From NCBI RefSeq assembly GCF_009914755.1, contig NC_060937.1: a DNA stretch of 64,000 bases; one strand, written 5' to 3'. Each line of letters opens with the position of its first letter. Position 1 is the stretch's first letter. Both the position numbers and the translations under genes were made by a program. The notes under the pieces were generated by a model. It did not search any database. It saw nothing but the letters and a program-made list of their open reading frames with translations, and was not told the origin of the DNA. Shown here piece after piece: positions 1 to 15,894 of this stretch. Origin of the DNA: the human T2T-CHM13v2.0 reference genome, Homo sapiens.

Positions 1-2155
1 TGTATATTCTAGACACTAGTGGCTTCTCAGATAAATAGTTTACAAATATTTGTCTCTATTCAACAGGTTGTCTCTTCACTGTGTTCATTGTTTTCTTTGC
101 TGTGCAGGAAGGTTTTAGTTTAATTTAGTATCATTTGTCTATTTTTTTATTGTTGCCTGTTCTTTTGAAGTCATATACATGAAACCTTTGCCTAGACTAA
201 TTCTTAAAGTGTTTTCCCTAAGCTTCCTTCTGGTAGTTATATAGTTTCAGGTCTTACATTTAAGTCTTTAACCTATTTTGGGCTGATTTTTGTATGTGGA
301 AAGAGATAGGGGTCCAGTTTCTTTCCTCTGCCTACAAATATCCAATTTTCGCAGCATCATTTCTGGACAAGAATATCCTTTCTCCAATGTATGTTCTTGA
401 GACCTTTGTCAAAATCAATTGTCTGTAAATATGTGGATTTATTTCTGGATTCTCTATTCTGTTGCATTGGTCCATGTGTCTGTTTTTGTGCTGGTACCCT
501 GGTGTTTTGATTACTATAGCTTTCTAATATATTTTGAAGTAAGGCAGTATGATGCCTCCAGTTTTGTTCTTTTTGCTTAGGATTGCTTTGGGTATTTGGG
601 GTCTTTGTTGGTTCCATATGAATTTTAGGATAGTTTTTTCTATTTCTGTGAAAAATGACATTAATATTTTGATAACGATTAAATTGAATCTGTAGATTGC
701 TTTGAGCAATATGATAATTGTAACAGTATTCTGATCCATAAGCATAGAATATCTTTCCATTTGTTTGTGTCCTCTTCAATTTCTTTCATCAGTGTTTTGT
801 AGTTTTCTTTTTAGTGGTCTTTCACTTTAGTGAAATTTATTCCTAGTATTTTACTTTATTTGTAGCTACTGTAAATGAGATTGCCTTCTTGGTTTCTTTC
901 TTAGTTCATTATTGGTGTATAGAAAATGCTACTGCATTTTGTATGTTGATTTTGTATCCTACAACTTTACTGAATTTAGCTTTCAGATCTTAGAGTCTTT
1001 AGGTGGAGTCTCTAGGTTTCTCTAGATAGAAGATTACATCATCTGCAAAGGGGGACAATTTTACTTCCTCTTTTCCAATTTGTATGCTTTTTATGTATTT
1101 GTCTTGCCTATTGTTCTGGCTAGGACTTTCAGTACTATGTTGAACAGATCTGGTAAAATTGGGCAGCTTTGTTGTGTTCCAGCTCTTAGAAGAAAGGCTT
1201 TCAACATTTCCCTGTTCAGTATTATGATAACATTACATTAGTCATATATAGCCTTTATTATGTGGACATGTTTTCCTTCTATGCCTAGCCTGTTGAGAAT
1301 TTTTATGAAGGGTGGTTGAATTTTATCAAATGTTTCTTCTGTGTGTATTGAGATGATCATATGATTTTTGTTCTTCATTCTGTTGATATGATGTATCACA
1401 TTTATTGATTTGTGTATACTGAACCATCTCTACATCCCTGAGATAAATCCCACTTGACCATGGTGTGTTATCTTTTTGATGCACCATTGGATTGGATTTG
1501 CTAGTATTGTAAGGATTTTTGGATCTATGTTCCTCAGTGACATTGACCTGTAACTTTCTTCTTTTGCATCCTTGTCAAGTTTTGGTTTTGAAGTAATGCT
1601 GTCATCATAGAATGAGTTAGAAAGAATTCCTTCTGCTTCAATCTTTTGAAATAGTTTGAAGATAATTGGTGTTAGTTCTTCTTTGTAAGTTTAGTAGAAT
1701 TTGGCAGTGTGTAAACTGGACTGGGCTATTCTTTGTTAGGAAATTTCTATTGCTGATTCAATCTCATTGCTCATTATTGGTCTGTTCATGCTTTCTATTT
1801 CTTTCTGAATCAATCTTGGTAGGTTGTATGTGTCCAAAAATTTACACATTTCCTTTGGATTTTCCAGTTTTTCAAGTATATAGTTGTTTTTGTCTCTGAT
1901 CTTTTGTATTTTTGTGGTATCAGTTATAACATTTTCTTTTTCTTTCCCAATTTTGTTTATTTGGGTCTTCTTTTCTCTCTCATCCCTTTTTTATTAGTCT
2001 AGCTAGTGGTTTATCAATTTTATTTCTTTTCAAAAAACTTTTCATTTTATCAATCTTTTATATTGCCTTTGCATCTCTATTTCATCTATTTCTGCTCTGA
2101 TCTTTACTACTTCCTTCCATCTACTAATTTTAGTTGGCTTATGCTTGCTTTTGTC
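1..2155 (-). mobile_element. Degraded LINE-1 ORF2 fragment (L1M/L1PB-age), running off the left window edge
   Basis: ORF 524..760(-) reads [50 protein letters not shown], which is L1 ORF2p-like. Antisense L1 sequence is continuous to ~2155. Confidence 0.93.
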
Positions 2156-2402
2156 TTATTTTTTTAAATGAAGTTACTTAACCAAAAAATGTGTGATCAA
2201 GTCTGCTGTAGGTGAGAGCCAATGTGCTTATTTATGTAAAATCATTATCCATTAATTCTTTCATGTTACCCAGATTAACTTTTTATATGGAATACAGCCC
2301 AGTTTCATGTTCTTATTTCGTAATACTTTTGAAAATATTTAAAATACAGTCCAGGTTTCTCTTGTCACTAAGTTAAAAAAAAAATTCTACCTTGGAGTGA
2401 TA

Positions 2403-2515
2403 ACTTCTTCCTCCCCCTTCTCTTCCTCTTTTCTTCCTCCTCCTCCTTTCTTCTTTTTCTCCTCCTTCTCTCTTTTCATACACACACACATACAAACACC
2501 AATACACACACGTAC
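2403..2515. repeat. CT-rich low-complexity tract followed by a short (CA)n
   Basis: cttcttcctcccccttctcttcctc... then catacacacacacatac. Confidence 0.8.
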
Positions 2516-4339
2516 ATATTTATCAATAATTGGGTAGATAACATATAAATATTGGGAGCTTTTCAAATAATTTCAGTGGGAAAAATCTCTCATTTCAGTT
2601 GATATTACTGATATTTTAATATTATCAGTGATATCCTGAATAATCATGTGAATCTTTGAGGTGGATTTGCCTTTCTTATGAGCCTCTTAACATTTCTCTG
2701 TGCTTGTTTTTTCTAGAATCTTAGAAGCAGTGAGGAATTCTTATTCATCTTCACCCTAGTTGTAACTGATATTGTAGGTCGACTCTCAATTTCCATTCCA
2801 AACTCCTTCTCCCTTGACTTCTTTACAAATTTTAATGAGGGGGAAAAACACTAGAGATTACACCTCTTGTAAGTCAGACTGACCATCTGACAAATTTCTG
2901 AGCTGAGATTTTGATAAAAAAATTATCAGGGAGCACTGCCCTCCTTCCCTTGCCAGGTAAAAAGGCAAAGCCAGGTAAAGAAGAAGATTTTACCATCACC
3001 TTGCAAACTTTTTTCTTTTTTGGGATGCACAGAAGTTTAGTAGTCTTCTTGTGTACCTGAGGATGCCTCATGTGCTAGAAAATGGTAAAGTAACGTAGAA
3101 GCATGCTCTTCTAGAGCAGCAGGATGATTCTTATTTGAAGGATATCACCCCATCCTTTAGTCATTGTTTGTTGTGTTTTCTGTTGTTTGCAACCACACCG
3201 AACCCTAACTTAGTAGTCTTACTCTCACCTCTTCCTGTTCTCTCTGAGATTGTGCTGTAATTTCTTCACCTCCTACATCTGAGGAGCTGCCAGCCAGTAT
3301 GACTGATGCCTTCCTATCCTCACATCTCACTTAATGGACACAATGCCCATAAAACAGTGGAGTGACAGGGGTTATGATAGGGCAAATGTGACCTTATTTC
3401 ACCATCATCTGATGTCTTTCATGTGTCTATTTTTAAATGTCTTGTCTAGAGGGTAATTTCCTCTTTCCATTGCCTCTGTCACTTTGTCTCTCTGTAGTAA
3501 TATTAACATGTAGTTTTACTTGTTTCACCCAGAAGTATGCTGAAATAACTATTTTAATATTTATTACAGAACTGTAATAAGTATCTCCTCATGTAATAAT
3601 GGAGGAGGAAATTGGCTGTTTGATGCCATAGTTTAGGGAGCAAGGATAATATTGAATTAGGTTTGTTTGAATTATGCAAAAGTAGGTCAAATTTCGAAAA
3701 CAGGCTAAAGAGTAAACAACATGGGGATTATACAGAAGGGGTGGACAAAGAAGAGAATGGAATGAGGAAGGAAAGGCCAGAGAGGAGGCGTAAGGTGGAG
3801 TTTAAAATTGGATAAAATGGTTCACAGGGAAAAAAAAATCACAGCTATTAGGGTCACCAAAGGACTTTTAAAATAAGTGGATGCAGCATTTAGCTCGCAT
3901 AGATGCTTTGCTTAAATGTGAAGTTTGCTCTGTGTCTTCCCCATCTTCAGTTAAATCTTCTACATTCCTAAATGATTTTTGGATAGAAATCATAGGAGAA
4001 GACTTTCATCTTTGGTTCAACACTATACCAAATAGATACTGTAAGTGCAGAATGACTCCACAAATTCAACTGAAATCACTGCTTACAGTGTTCTAAGGCT
4101 TCCTGAAAATCCCAGAAATCCTACAGAATGAGGTTTGAAACAGTGACATGTCCCTTAAAGAGCTTTGTGAACCCAGTTGGTATCTGAGTGAGACTAAGAT
4201 AAAAATGATTACATGATATTAATAGAAGAGTATATCCTAATCATGAGATATGAAGTTTTACTCAAATATTGCTTTAAGTTTAAGAAAGTTTGGAAGAAAG
4301 TTTTTTCCCCCCCAATTTTTGCTTTTTTCCTCTATACAT

Positions 4340-4445
4340 AATGAAAGCTTATGAGGTGAAGGGGACTGTATCTTTTTTTTTTTTTGTCAATAGATTCCCA
4401 GAATTTAGGTCAGTGCAAGTCACCTAATAGGTCTCAATAAAACTT
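4340..4445 (+). mobile_element. L2 3' end fragment, interrupted by AluJ (resumes ~4735-4760)
   Basis: aataggtctcaataaa before the Alu and tatttgagtgaataaa after it resemble the L2 tail. Confidence 0.5.
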
Positions 4446-4449
4446 TTTT

Positions 4450-4740
4450 GTCAGGCTCACACCTATAATCCCAACACTTTGAGAGGCTGAGGCAGGAGGA
4501 TTGCTTGAGGCCGGGAGTTCAAGACCAGCCTGGGCAACAGAGATTGTCTCTACAAAAAAATTTTTAAACAACTACCTGGGTGTAATGGTGCATGACTGTA
4601 GTCCCAGCTACTCAGGAGGCTGAGGTGGGAGGATTGTTTGAGCCCAGGAGTTCTAGGCTGCAGTAAGCCATGATTGGGCCACTGCACTCTAGCTTGGATG
4701 ACAGAGCAAGACTTTTTCTGTAAAAGTTAAAAATAATAAA
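4450..4740 (+). mobile_element. AluJ
   Basis: Dimeric Alu with J diagnostics ggaggattgcttgag, gagcccaggagttc and ggctgcagt. Confidence 0.92.
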
Positions 4741-5048
4741 AGTATTTGAGTGAATAAAATTAATTTAGAAATATAAAAATATGAAATTTGGAGAGTGTAC
4801 AACTTGATAAGTTATAAGTTCTTTTGTTCTACCTTCCATGTAGAGATAATACTTTGTTAAAAATTAGTTTCATATTTTATAGAAAAAAATTTTATATTGC
4901 TTCTTCAAAGTACCTGAATGAATCACTGTAAGCAGTGATTTCAGTTGAATTCATGGAGTCATTCTGCATTTACAATATCTATTTGGTATAGTGTTAAACC
5001 AAAGATGAAAGTTTTCTATAATTTCTATCCAAATCATTCTATATATTC

Positions 5049-5053
<5 letters not shown>

Positions 5054-5100
<47 letters not shown>
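5054..5100. repeat. (TA)23 microsatellite
   Basis: Perfect TA run read directly. Confidence 0.97.
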
Positions 5101-5102
<2 letters not shown>

Positions 5103-5166
5103 TGTATATTCTATCGAAGGCCTAGAATATGTAGTGCATTACAGGTGCTTTGAGGAAACAACATGA

Positions 5167-5565
<399 letters not shown>

Positions 5566-6129
5566 TGATTCATAGTAGAATTTTAGTTTTTTGTTCTTTG
5601 TTCTTCTTTTGATGCTAAAATAAAAGTTAATTTTAATAAAATTGTTATAGATTGTTAAACATATTTTAACTAAGGCAAAGTAACTATAAGTAACTAACAA
5701 ATAATGGAAATTTGGAAATAATTTCTGTTCTGATCACCTTGATTTAAAGCCAGCTTACTCCAAAATGCTGTCACATTGCTTTTATATAATCATATGCTCT
5801 CAAGTTAGTTCCTAGAAAAGCACAACAGACGTACAAACTGCAAATAAAAGGTCATTAGTGTCTGGATGTGGGATACTACATATGCAAGTATTGTTTTGAA
5901 TAATCCTGATATTTCTCAGTCTTATTTACCACAATCCTCTTTCTCCAAATATTTTCCTCTTATATTTCACTATCTGAAGATGGCCATTTTTCTTCAAAAG
6001 CCATAGATGCTATCAGACAAAAATTTCTCCACTTAACATTGTGCTTTCCCTTTCTAAGTTGTGTTTAGAATTTATCAATTTCATTGTCTTTTAGCTAGTT
6101 GCAAAATCTGAAAAAAATGGTGATTATAT

Positions 6130-6292
6130 CTATGTCAGTATTCTGGTTGCTATATTCTTCTATAGGGTTACCAAAAAAAAATATTATGATTAGGGGAAAC
6201 TGGGTAAAGCTTACATGCAGATCTCTGTATTATCTTTTTTTAAACAACTGTATGTGAACTTACAACTATATTAGTAAAATTTTCATTAAAAC
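6130..6292 (+). mobile_element. Old L1M (MC/ME-type) 3' end fragment
   Basis: ggggaaactgggtaaag...tctctgtattatcttt...caactgtatgtgaac resembles an L1MC/ME 3'UTR terminus. Confidence 0.6.
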
Positions 6293-6537
6293 AAAATCTG
6301 AGAGAAGTCTATTTCTAAGCAGAGCAGGTTGACTTTGGAGACATAGGCAGGTGAAGATTAATGTAAAATATTGTCTAGATTGTTAATGAATGAGTAAATT
6401 AATATATTGTAATATAGTGTATCCTTCTGCTACATAATCTTTCTTTACTACTAATTTATTTCTTTTCAATTACAGGGTCTTCCTTTTTAAAAATAATTCC
6501 TGCTTTACTATGTCTTCAATTTCTCCTTTTTGAATAT

Positions 6538-9000
<2,463 letters not shown>

Positions 9001-9009
9001 CTCAACTTT

Positions 9010-9340
9010 TTCTGAAAAAAGAAAACCTCCCTCAACTTTTATCTCCTAGCTAGCATTTTATTATTTTTCTCTTCATAACTACAGTTGTTGAAATGTATTG
9101 TTTGCTTATCTCTGTAATTTCTCTTCTCCCATTTACTTGATAACACACTGCTTTCTGCTTTCTATCCTTGTCACAGTACAGAAACAGCTATTGACAAGGA
9201 TATGAATGGCTTGATAATAGTCAAATCAGTGGATGTATTTCTATTCTTAACTTATCCAATCTCCACTGGTTTCAGTTTACATAAACTTCCTGTCTTTTCT
9301 TTCTTGGTCGTCTAAAAGACCCTGTCTCATTGCTTTTTAA
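9010..9340 (+). mobile_element. L2 ORF2 (RT region) fragment, continuing ~9775-9870 after the MST LTR
   Basis: acagaaacagctattgacaagg...gtcaaatcagtgga...ttcttaacttat matches the L2 RT region. Confidence 0.6.
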
Positions 9341-9345
9341 ATAAC

Positions 9346-9770
9346 TGCCTTGGTTCTTTTTCTGTTTATATCAGAATATCTGAAACTAGGTAATTTATAA
9401 AGAAAATAAATATATTTATTACAGTTATAGAGGCTGAGAGGTCCAAGGTTGAGGGGCCACATCTGATGAGAGCCTTCTTGCTGGTGGGGACTCTGTGGTC
9501 CTGAGGTGGTACATAAAACCACAGGGTGAGGAAGCTGAGTGGGCTGATATGGTAGGTCATGTCTCTTTTCTTCCTTTTGTAAAACCACCAGTTCCTTTCC
9601 ATATTAATCCATTAACTATTAAACCATTAATCTATAAATAGATTAGTCAATTTCTGAAGGCAGAGCCTTCATGATCCAGTCACTTCTTAAAGGCCTCACC
9701 TCTCAATATTGCCAAATCAAGGGATTACGTTTTAATGTGAGTTTTGGAGGGAACATTCAAACCATAGTCA
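9346..9770 (-). mobile_element. MaLR solo LTR, MST family (MSTC/D-like)
   Basis: aaactaggtaatttataaagaaaa, gaggtccaaggttgaggggcc, and terminus ggagggaacattcaaaccatag. Confidence 0.85.
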
Positions 9771-11254
9771 TAACTTCAAACAGCTTCTGCTCAATCTCTG
9801 TTTTCTTTTCTTCTGCCTATCAACTACATTGTGTTTTCCAGAGTTTCACTGATGCTACATCTTTTTACCCTTGATTTTAAGTGAGCCAAATCTTACTACA
9901 CATCCTTATATAAATTATAAACACTTTCTAGGCTTATGGCAAGCCCCAGGACTCCTCCAATTTTCCAGTCTGATTGTTTCTAACCTGAACTCTTGGCTCT
10001 GTGACTTGAAACTTTTAAAATCTCTGATACTCTGCACTTGGTATCTTACGTGTATTTTTAGAATGGCATGTATTCTTAAATGCACTGTAAGAACTTGGTA
10101 TTCTTACATTTGAATCTCAGTATAGTCCTATTAATTTAAGCTTGGCTTATCACTTCCTTTCTCAATTTTTTTCTGTTGCACTGGCTAGGAATTCTCTGTC
10201 CTATCTCAGGACTATAGAACACAACCACTTCTTTATTTTTTCTCAACCTGAAGACAAGGGAAATAGTTGAATGTACATTTATTTTCCTTCTTACCACCTG
10301 TTCTTCACCAACTAGAAGTGGTGTTTTTGAAGCAAAAGTAAAGTCTGAGGAGGCCTTTGGAAACCAAAAGAAAAATAGAAGAATGGCTTCATAACTCGAA
10401 GGCAATTTTTAATGTCAACACTGTCCATCCATGTTTAACCAGCAATATTTCATTGATACAAGGCAATGAAGATAAAAAATATCAAAAGACCAGGGAGTAA
10501 CTAGGTTATAGATCAAGTTGGGTGACTAGAGACACTCAGCAGTTTACTCCTCCACAAAGAAATACCAAAATAACAGATAACCACATGTCAAATAGTGTCT
10601 AGAGGAACACACTGGAATTAAGCAAAGTAGTGACAAAGACACCCAGAGGCACAGAGACTTGAGATAGCAGCATAGAAAAAAAAGCGAAGTACCCAGCCAA
10701 GATCAACTTGGAGCTAAGATGGACCTCCCCACTACAGGGGAAAGGTAAGCAAAGAACATTCCACATTCCCACCACAGATGCCTTCTGCCCTAGCAATAGG
10801 AGAGCCCCACGGACCTTGCAGGCCATGAGCCAAGTATAGGAGTTGTCTGGAGTCCACATGACTGCCTTAGTCAAGAGAGGGACTTTACAGTGTTACCCTC
10901 CACCCTCTGGGACCCAGGCCACCAGAGCATTTTGTCTTTTTGAGAGTTGGGTGATCAACAGAGTGCATCCTGCTCTGGGACCCAATAGCTCCTAATTGCC
11001 ACATCCCTGGGGCCCTACCAACATCCTGTCACATTCATCTAGAGGCTGCAACATTGCAACACCAGCTGGACCCAACTGTGCAGCCATCATCCTGGTACCT
11101 GAACCCGTGTGGTATCCTGTACCCTGGGGAACAGGTGGTCCAATAATGTAGGGAGGCTGCCCCCAGGACCAAGGGAACTGACATGCATTGCTGTCTAGAA
11201 CCTGAGAGCAATTTGCCTGGGGCCCACCACCACCAAAAGTAACACTACCCATAC

Positions 11255-11829
11255 CCACAGTGGAGCCGGCATCCTTCTGGGGCCTAAAAACCAGCTTGCT
11301 TGAGACTTGCTGCCTCCTTAGCAGCCCTGCCCTCTTCAGTGGCAGAGCACCTCTGTGCTCACATGCACCTCAGAGGCCTGAGGACCAGCTAGCCTGTGGC
11401 TTGCCACCACTATCACCACAGGTAACCCTACTCCCTCCAGTGGTAGAGCAGCTATATACCCACATGTGCCCCTCAGGGGTATGAGGAGCAACCTATTTGG
11501 GGATTGCTGCTGCCAGCAACCTCATCATTTTCAGAAGTGGAGCAGCCACACACCCACATGTGTTCCCCATGGGTCATGGAACTGGCCTGCCCAGGGCCTA
11601 CCATTGTCACTGGTGGCCCCACCTTCTCTAGTGGCAGAGCAGCTGTGTACCTGTGCATGTTCCCCAGGGACTTGAGGACCACCCTGCCCAGGATCCATTA
11701 CTGCTACCAACAATCGTGCTTTCTCCAGCAGTGGAGTCACCTGGCACACAAATATACCACCGCAGTGGCCTGAGGATTGGTTTACCTGGGGCTTGCCTCT
11801 GTCACTGCCAGTGACTCTGCTCCTTCCAG
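11255..11829 (+). repeat. Degenerate ~97-bp tandem array in the L1 5'UTR
   Basis: AGTGG(CA)GAGC-type anchor at 11338, 11439, 11536, 11630 and 11730, with a partial next unit ending at 11829. Confidence 0.8.
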
Positions 11830-13375
11830 AATACACATTCTTCTTATCACCATAAACATTCTCCAGGATAGACCACATGTTAGGCCACAAAACTAGTCTC
11901 AACAACTTTTAAAAAATCAAAACTATATCAAGTACCTATTCTATGTATTCAGACCACAGTGGAATAAAACTAGAAACCAATGACAAGAGGAACACTGAAA
12001 ACTGTGTAAATCTATGGAAATTAAACAACATGCTTCTGAATGACAAGCCAATGAAAATAAGAAAATAAAAAGTCTTGAAACAAAGGAAAATAGCAACACA
12101 ACATCCCCAAACCTAGGGAATATGGCAAAAGTGGTGTTAAGAGGGAAGTGTTTAGCAATAAACACCTACATCATAAATGTAGAAAGATTTCAAATAGCCA
12201 ACCTAATGATGTACCTCAAGAAGAAAAGAACAAACCAAACCCCAATTACTAGAAGGAAAGAAATAAAGATCAGAGCAGAACTAACCAAAACAAACTAAAA
12301 ACATAAAAAGATGAGCAAAATGAAAAGAAAAAACAATATCCCAACAAACCATTAGCTAAACTAAGAATAAAAAAGAATACCCAAATAAAATCAGAAATAA
12401 TAAAGGAGGTATTACAGCTGATACCACAGAAATAGAAAGGATCATGAGAATCTATTATGAACAACTATACACTGAAAAATTGGAAAACCTAGAGTAAATG
12501 AATAAATTTCGGGACACATACAACCTACCAAGATTGAGTCACAAAGAAATAGAAAACCTGAACAACCAATAACAAGTAATATGATTGAACCAGTAATAGA
12601 AGTTCTTTCAACAAAGAAAAGCTCAGCACTGGATAGCTTCCTTGATGAATACTACCAAACTCATTAAAAAGTATTAACAATAATTCTTAAACTATTCCAA
12701 AACATTGAAGAGGAAGAAATTCTTCCTAGCTCATTCTATCAGGCCAGCATTACTCTGATACCAAAAGCATAAAACAACAAAAACCAGCAACAACAAAAGA
12801 AACCGTAAAGCCAAGCCAGTATCACTGATAAACACGGATGCAAAAATCCTCAACAAAATACTCCCACACCAAATCCAATAGCACATCAAAAAGATTATAT
12901 ATCACAATCAAGTGGGAGTTTTACTAGGAATGCAAGGATGTTTTGACATGTGCAAATCAATAAATAAGATGCATCACATCAACAGAATAAAGGACAAAAA
13001 CCATATGATCACCTCAATAGATGCAGAAAAACATTTCAGAAAAGCATTTCATAAAATTCAACATCCCTTCATGATGAAAACTCTTAAAAATTATACAGAA
13101 AGAACATACCTTAACACAAAAAGGCAAAATATAACAAGACCACACCATATTGAACAAAGAAAAGCTGAAAACTTGTCTTCCAAGAACTGGAATGAGACAA
13201 AGATGGCCACTTTCACCACTCTTATTTCACATAGTACTGGAAATCCTAGCCAGAGCAATTAGGCAACAGAAAGAAATAAAGGACATTCAAATTGAAAAAA
13301 GAGGAAGTCAAATTGTTCCTTTTTTCAGATGATGTAATGTTATATATAGAAAAGCCTAAAAACTTCATCAAAATA

Positions 13376-14145
13376 CGGTTAGAGAAATGGAAATCCAAAC
13401 CACAAACCACAATGACATACCATCTCACACTAGTCAGGATGGCTGTTTTTAAAAAGTCAAAAGATAACAGGTGCTGGCAAGGCTGTGGAGCAAAAGGAAC
13501 ACTTTTATACACTGTTGGTGGGAGTGTAAATTAGTTCACCCATTGTGGAAGACAGTGTGGCAATACTTCAAAGACCTAAAGACAGACCATTTGACCCAGC
13601 AATCCTATTAGTAGGTATGTAACTGAAGGAATGTAAATTGTTCTATTATGAAGACACATGAACACGTATGTTCACTGCAGCACTATTTACAATAGCAAAG
13701 ACATGGAATCAACCTAAATACCCATCAATGATAGACTGGATAAAGAAAATGTGTACATATGCAACATGGATTACTATGCAGCCAGAAAAAGATTATGTCC
13801 TTTGCAGGGACATGAATGGAGCTGGAGGCCATTACCCTTAGAAAACTAATGTGGGAACAGAAAACCAAATACTGCATGTTCTCACTTATAAGTGGGAGCT
13901 AAATAATGAGAACACACCAGTGCATAGAGGGGAACAACACACACTGGGGCCATTGAAGTGTGGAGGGTGGGAGGAGAGAGACGGTCAGGAAAAAGAACTA
14001 ATGGATACTAGGTTTAATACCTGGGTAATGAAATTACAACAAACCTCCATGACACATGTTTACCTATGTAACAAAACTGCACATCCTGCACATGTACCCC
14101 TGAACTTAAAAAGAACAACACATTATAAAACTGGAAAAAAAAAAA
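13376..14145 (+). mobile_element. 5'-truncated L1PA (PA13-16-like) nested in the L1MA ORF2
   Basis: ORF2 C-terminus YHLTLVRMAVFKKSKDNRCW plus 3'UTR caggaaaaagaactaatgg...catgtacccctgaacttaaaa. The host ORF2 resumes at aaacctcttagaa...aaattcagcaaagttgcagg. Confidence 0.9.
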
Positions 14146-14213
14146 CAAACCTCTTAGAAATGGCAAACAAATTCAGCAAAGTTGCAGGTCACAAAATCAA
14201 CATACAAAAATCA

Positions 14214-14566
<353 letters not shown>

Positions 14567-15225
14567 TCATTTACAATAGCTACCAGAAAAATAGATAACT
14601 TGGAATAAATTTCACCAAGGAAGTAGAAGACTTCTACAAAAAATACTACTAAATACTGATACAAGAAATCTAAGACAACACAAAAATTGGAAAGACATTT
14701 TATGTTTATGGATTATAAGAATTAATATTGTTAAAATAACCATTCTATTTAAAGGATCTACAGATTCAGTGCAATTTCTATCAATATATCAAAGACATTT
14801 TTCACGGAAATAGAAAAAGTCCTAAAATTCACATGAAACCAGAAAATACCCTGGATAGCTAAAGCAATCCCAAGCAGAAAGAGCAAAGCTAGAGGCATCA
14901 CACTACCTGACTTCAAAATATACTTACAAAGCTATAGAAATCAAAATAGCATGGTAGTAGCATAAGAACAGACACATAGACCAATGAAACAGAATAGAGA
15001 GCTCAGAAACAAATCTGGTATTTACAGCCAACTGATCTTTGACAAAAGAACCAAGAACATTCATGGGGGAAAGCACAGCCTCTTCAATAAATGCTGCTAG
15101 GAAAACTGGATATTCATACACATAAGAATGAAACTTGACCTCTGTCTGTCACCACATACAAAAATGAACTCAATATGGATGAAAGACTTAAATGTAAGAC
15201 CTGAAACTATAAAACTATTAGAAGA

Positions 15226-15535
15226 GCTGAGCACAGAGGCTCATGCTTGTCATCCCAGCACTTTGAAAGGCCAAGGTGGGAAGACTGTTTGAGGCCAAGA
15301 GATTGAGACCAACCTGGTCAACATAGCAAGACCCCATCTCTACAATTTTTTTTTTTTTAATTAGCTGGGTGTGGTGGTGCACATTTGTAGTCATAGCTAT
15401 TCAGGAGGCTGAGGTGGGAGGATTGCTTGAGTCTAGGAATTCAAGACTACAGTGAGCTATGTTTACACCACTGTACTTCAGCCTGGGTGACAGAGTGAGA
15501 TCCCATCTCAACCCCCTTCCCCACCCCCCGCAAAG
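15226..15535 (+). mobile_element. AluJ nested in L1MA
   Basis: J diagnostics (caacatagcaagacccc, ggaggattgcttgag); TSD AAAACTAYTRGAAGA at 15211 and 15536. Confidence 0.92.
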
Positions 15536-15579
15536 AAAACTACTGGAAGAAAACATAGAAGAAATTCTTCACGACCTTA

Positions 15580-15894
<315 letters not shown>

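Noticed and set aside
11255-11829. Regularly spaced repeats superficially like a CRISPR array
   Set aside because: Whole units are homologous and degenerate, with no unique spacers and no cas genes; the context is a mammalian L1 5'UTR
12912-13534. Reverse-transcriptase-like ORFs as a possible novel retroelement or defence system
   Set aside because: Frameshifted, stop-riddled fragments of ordinary L1 ORF2
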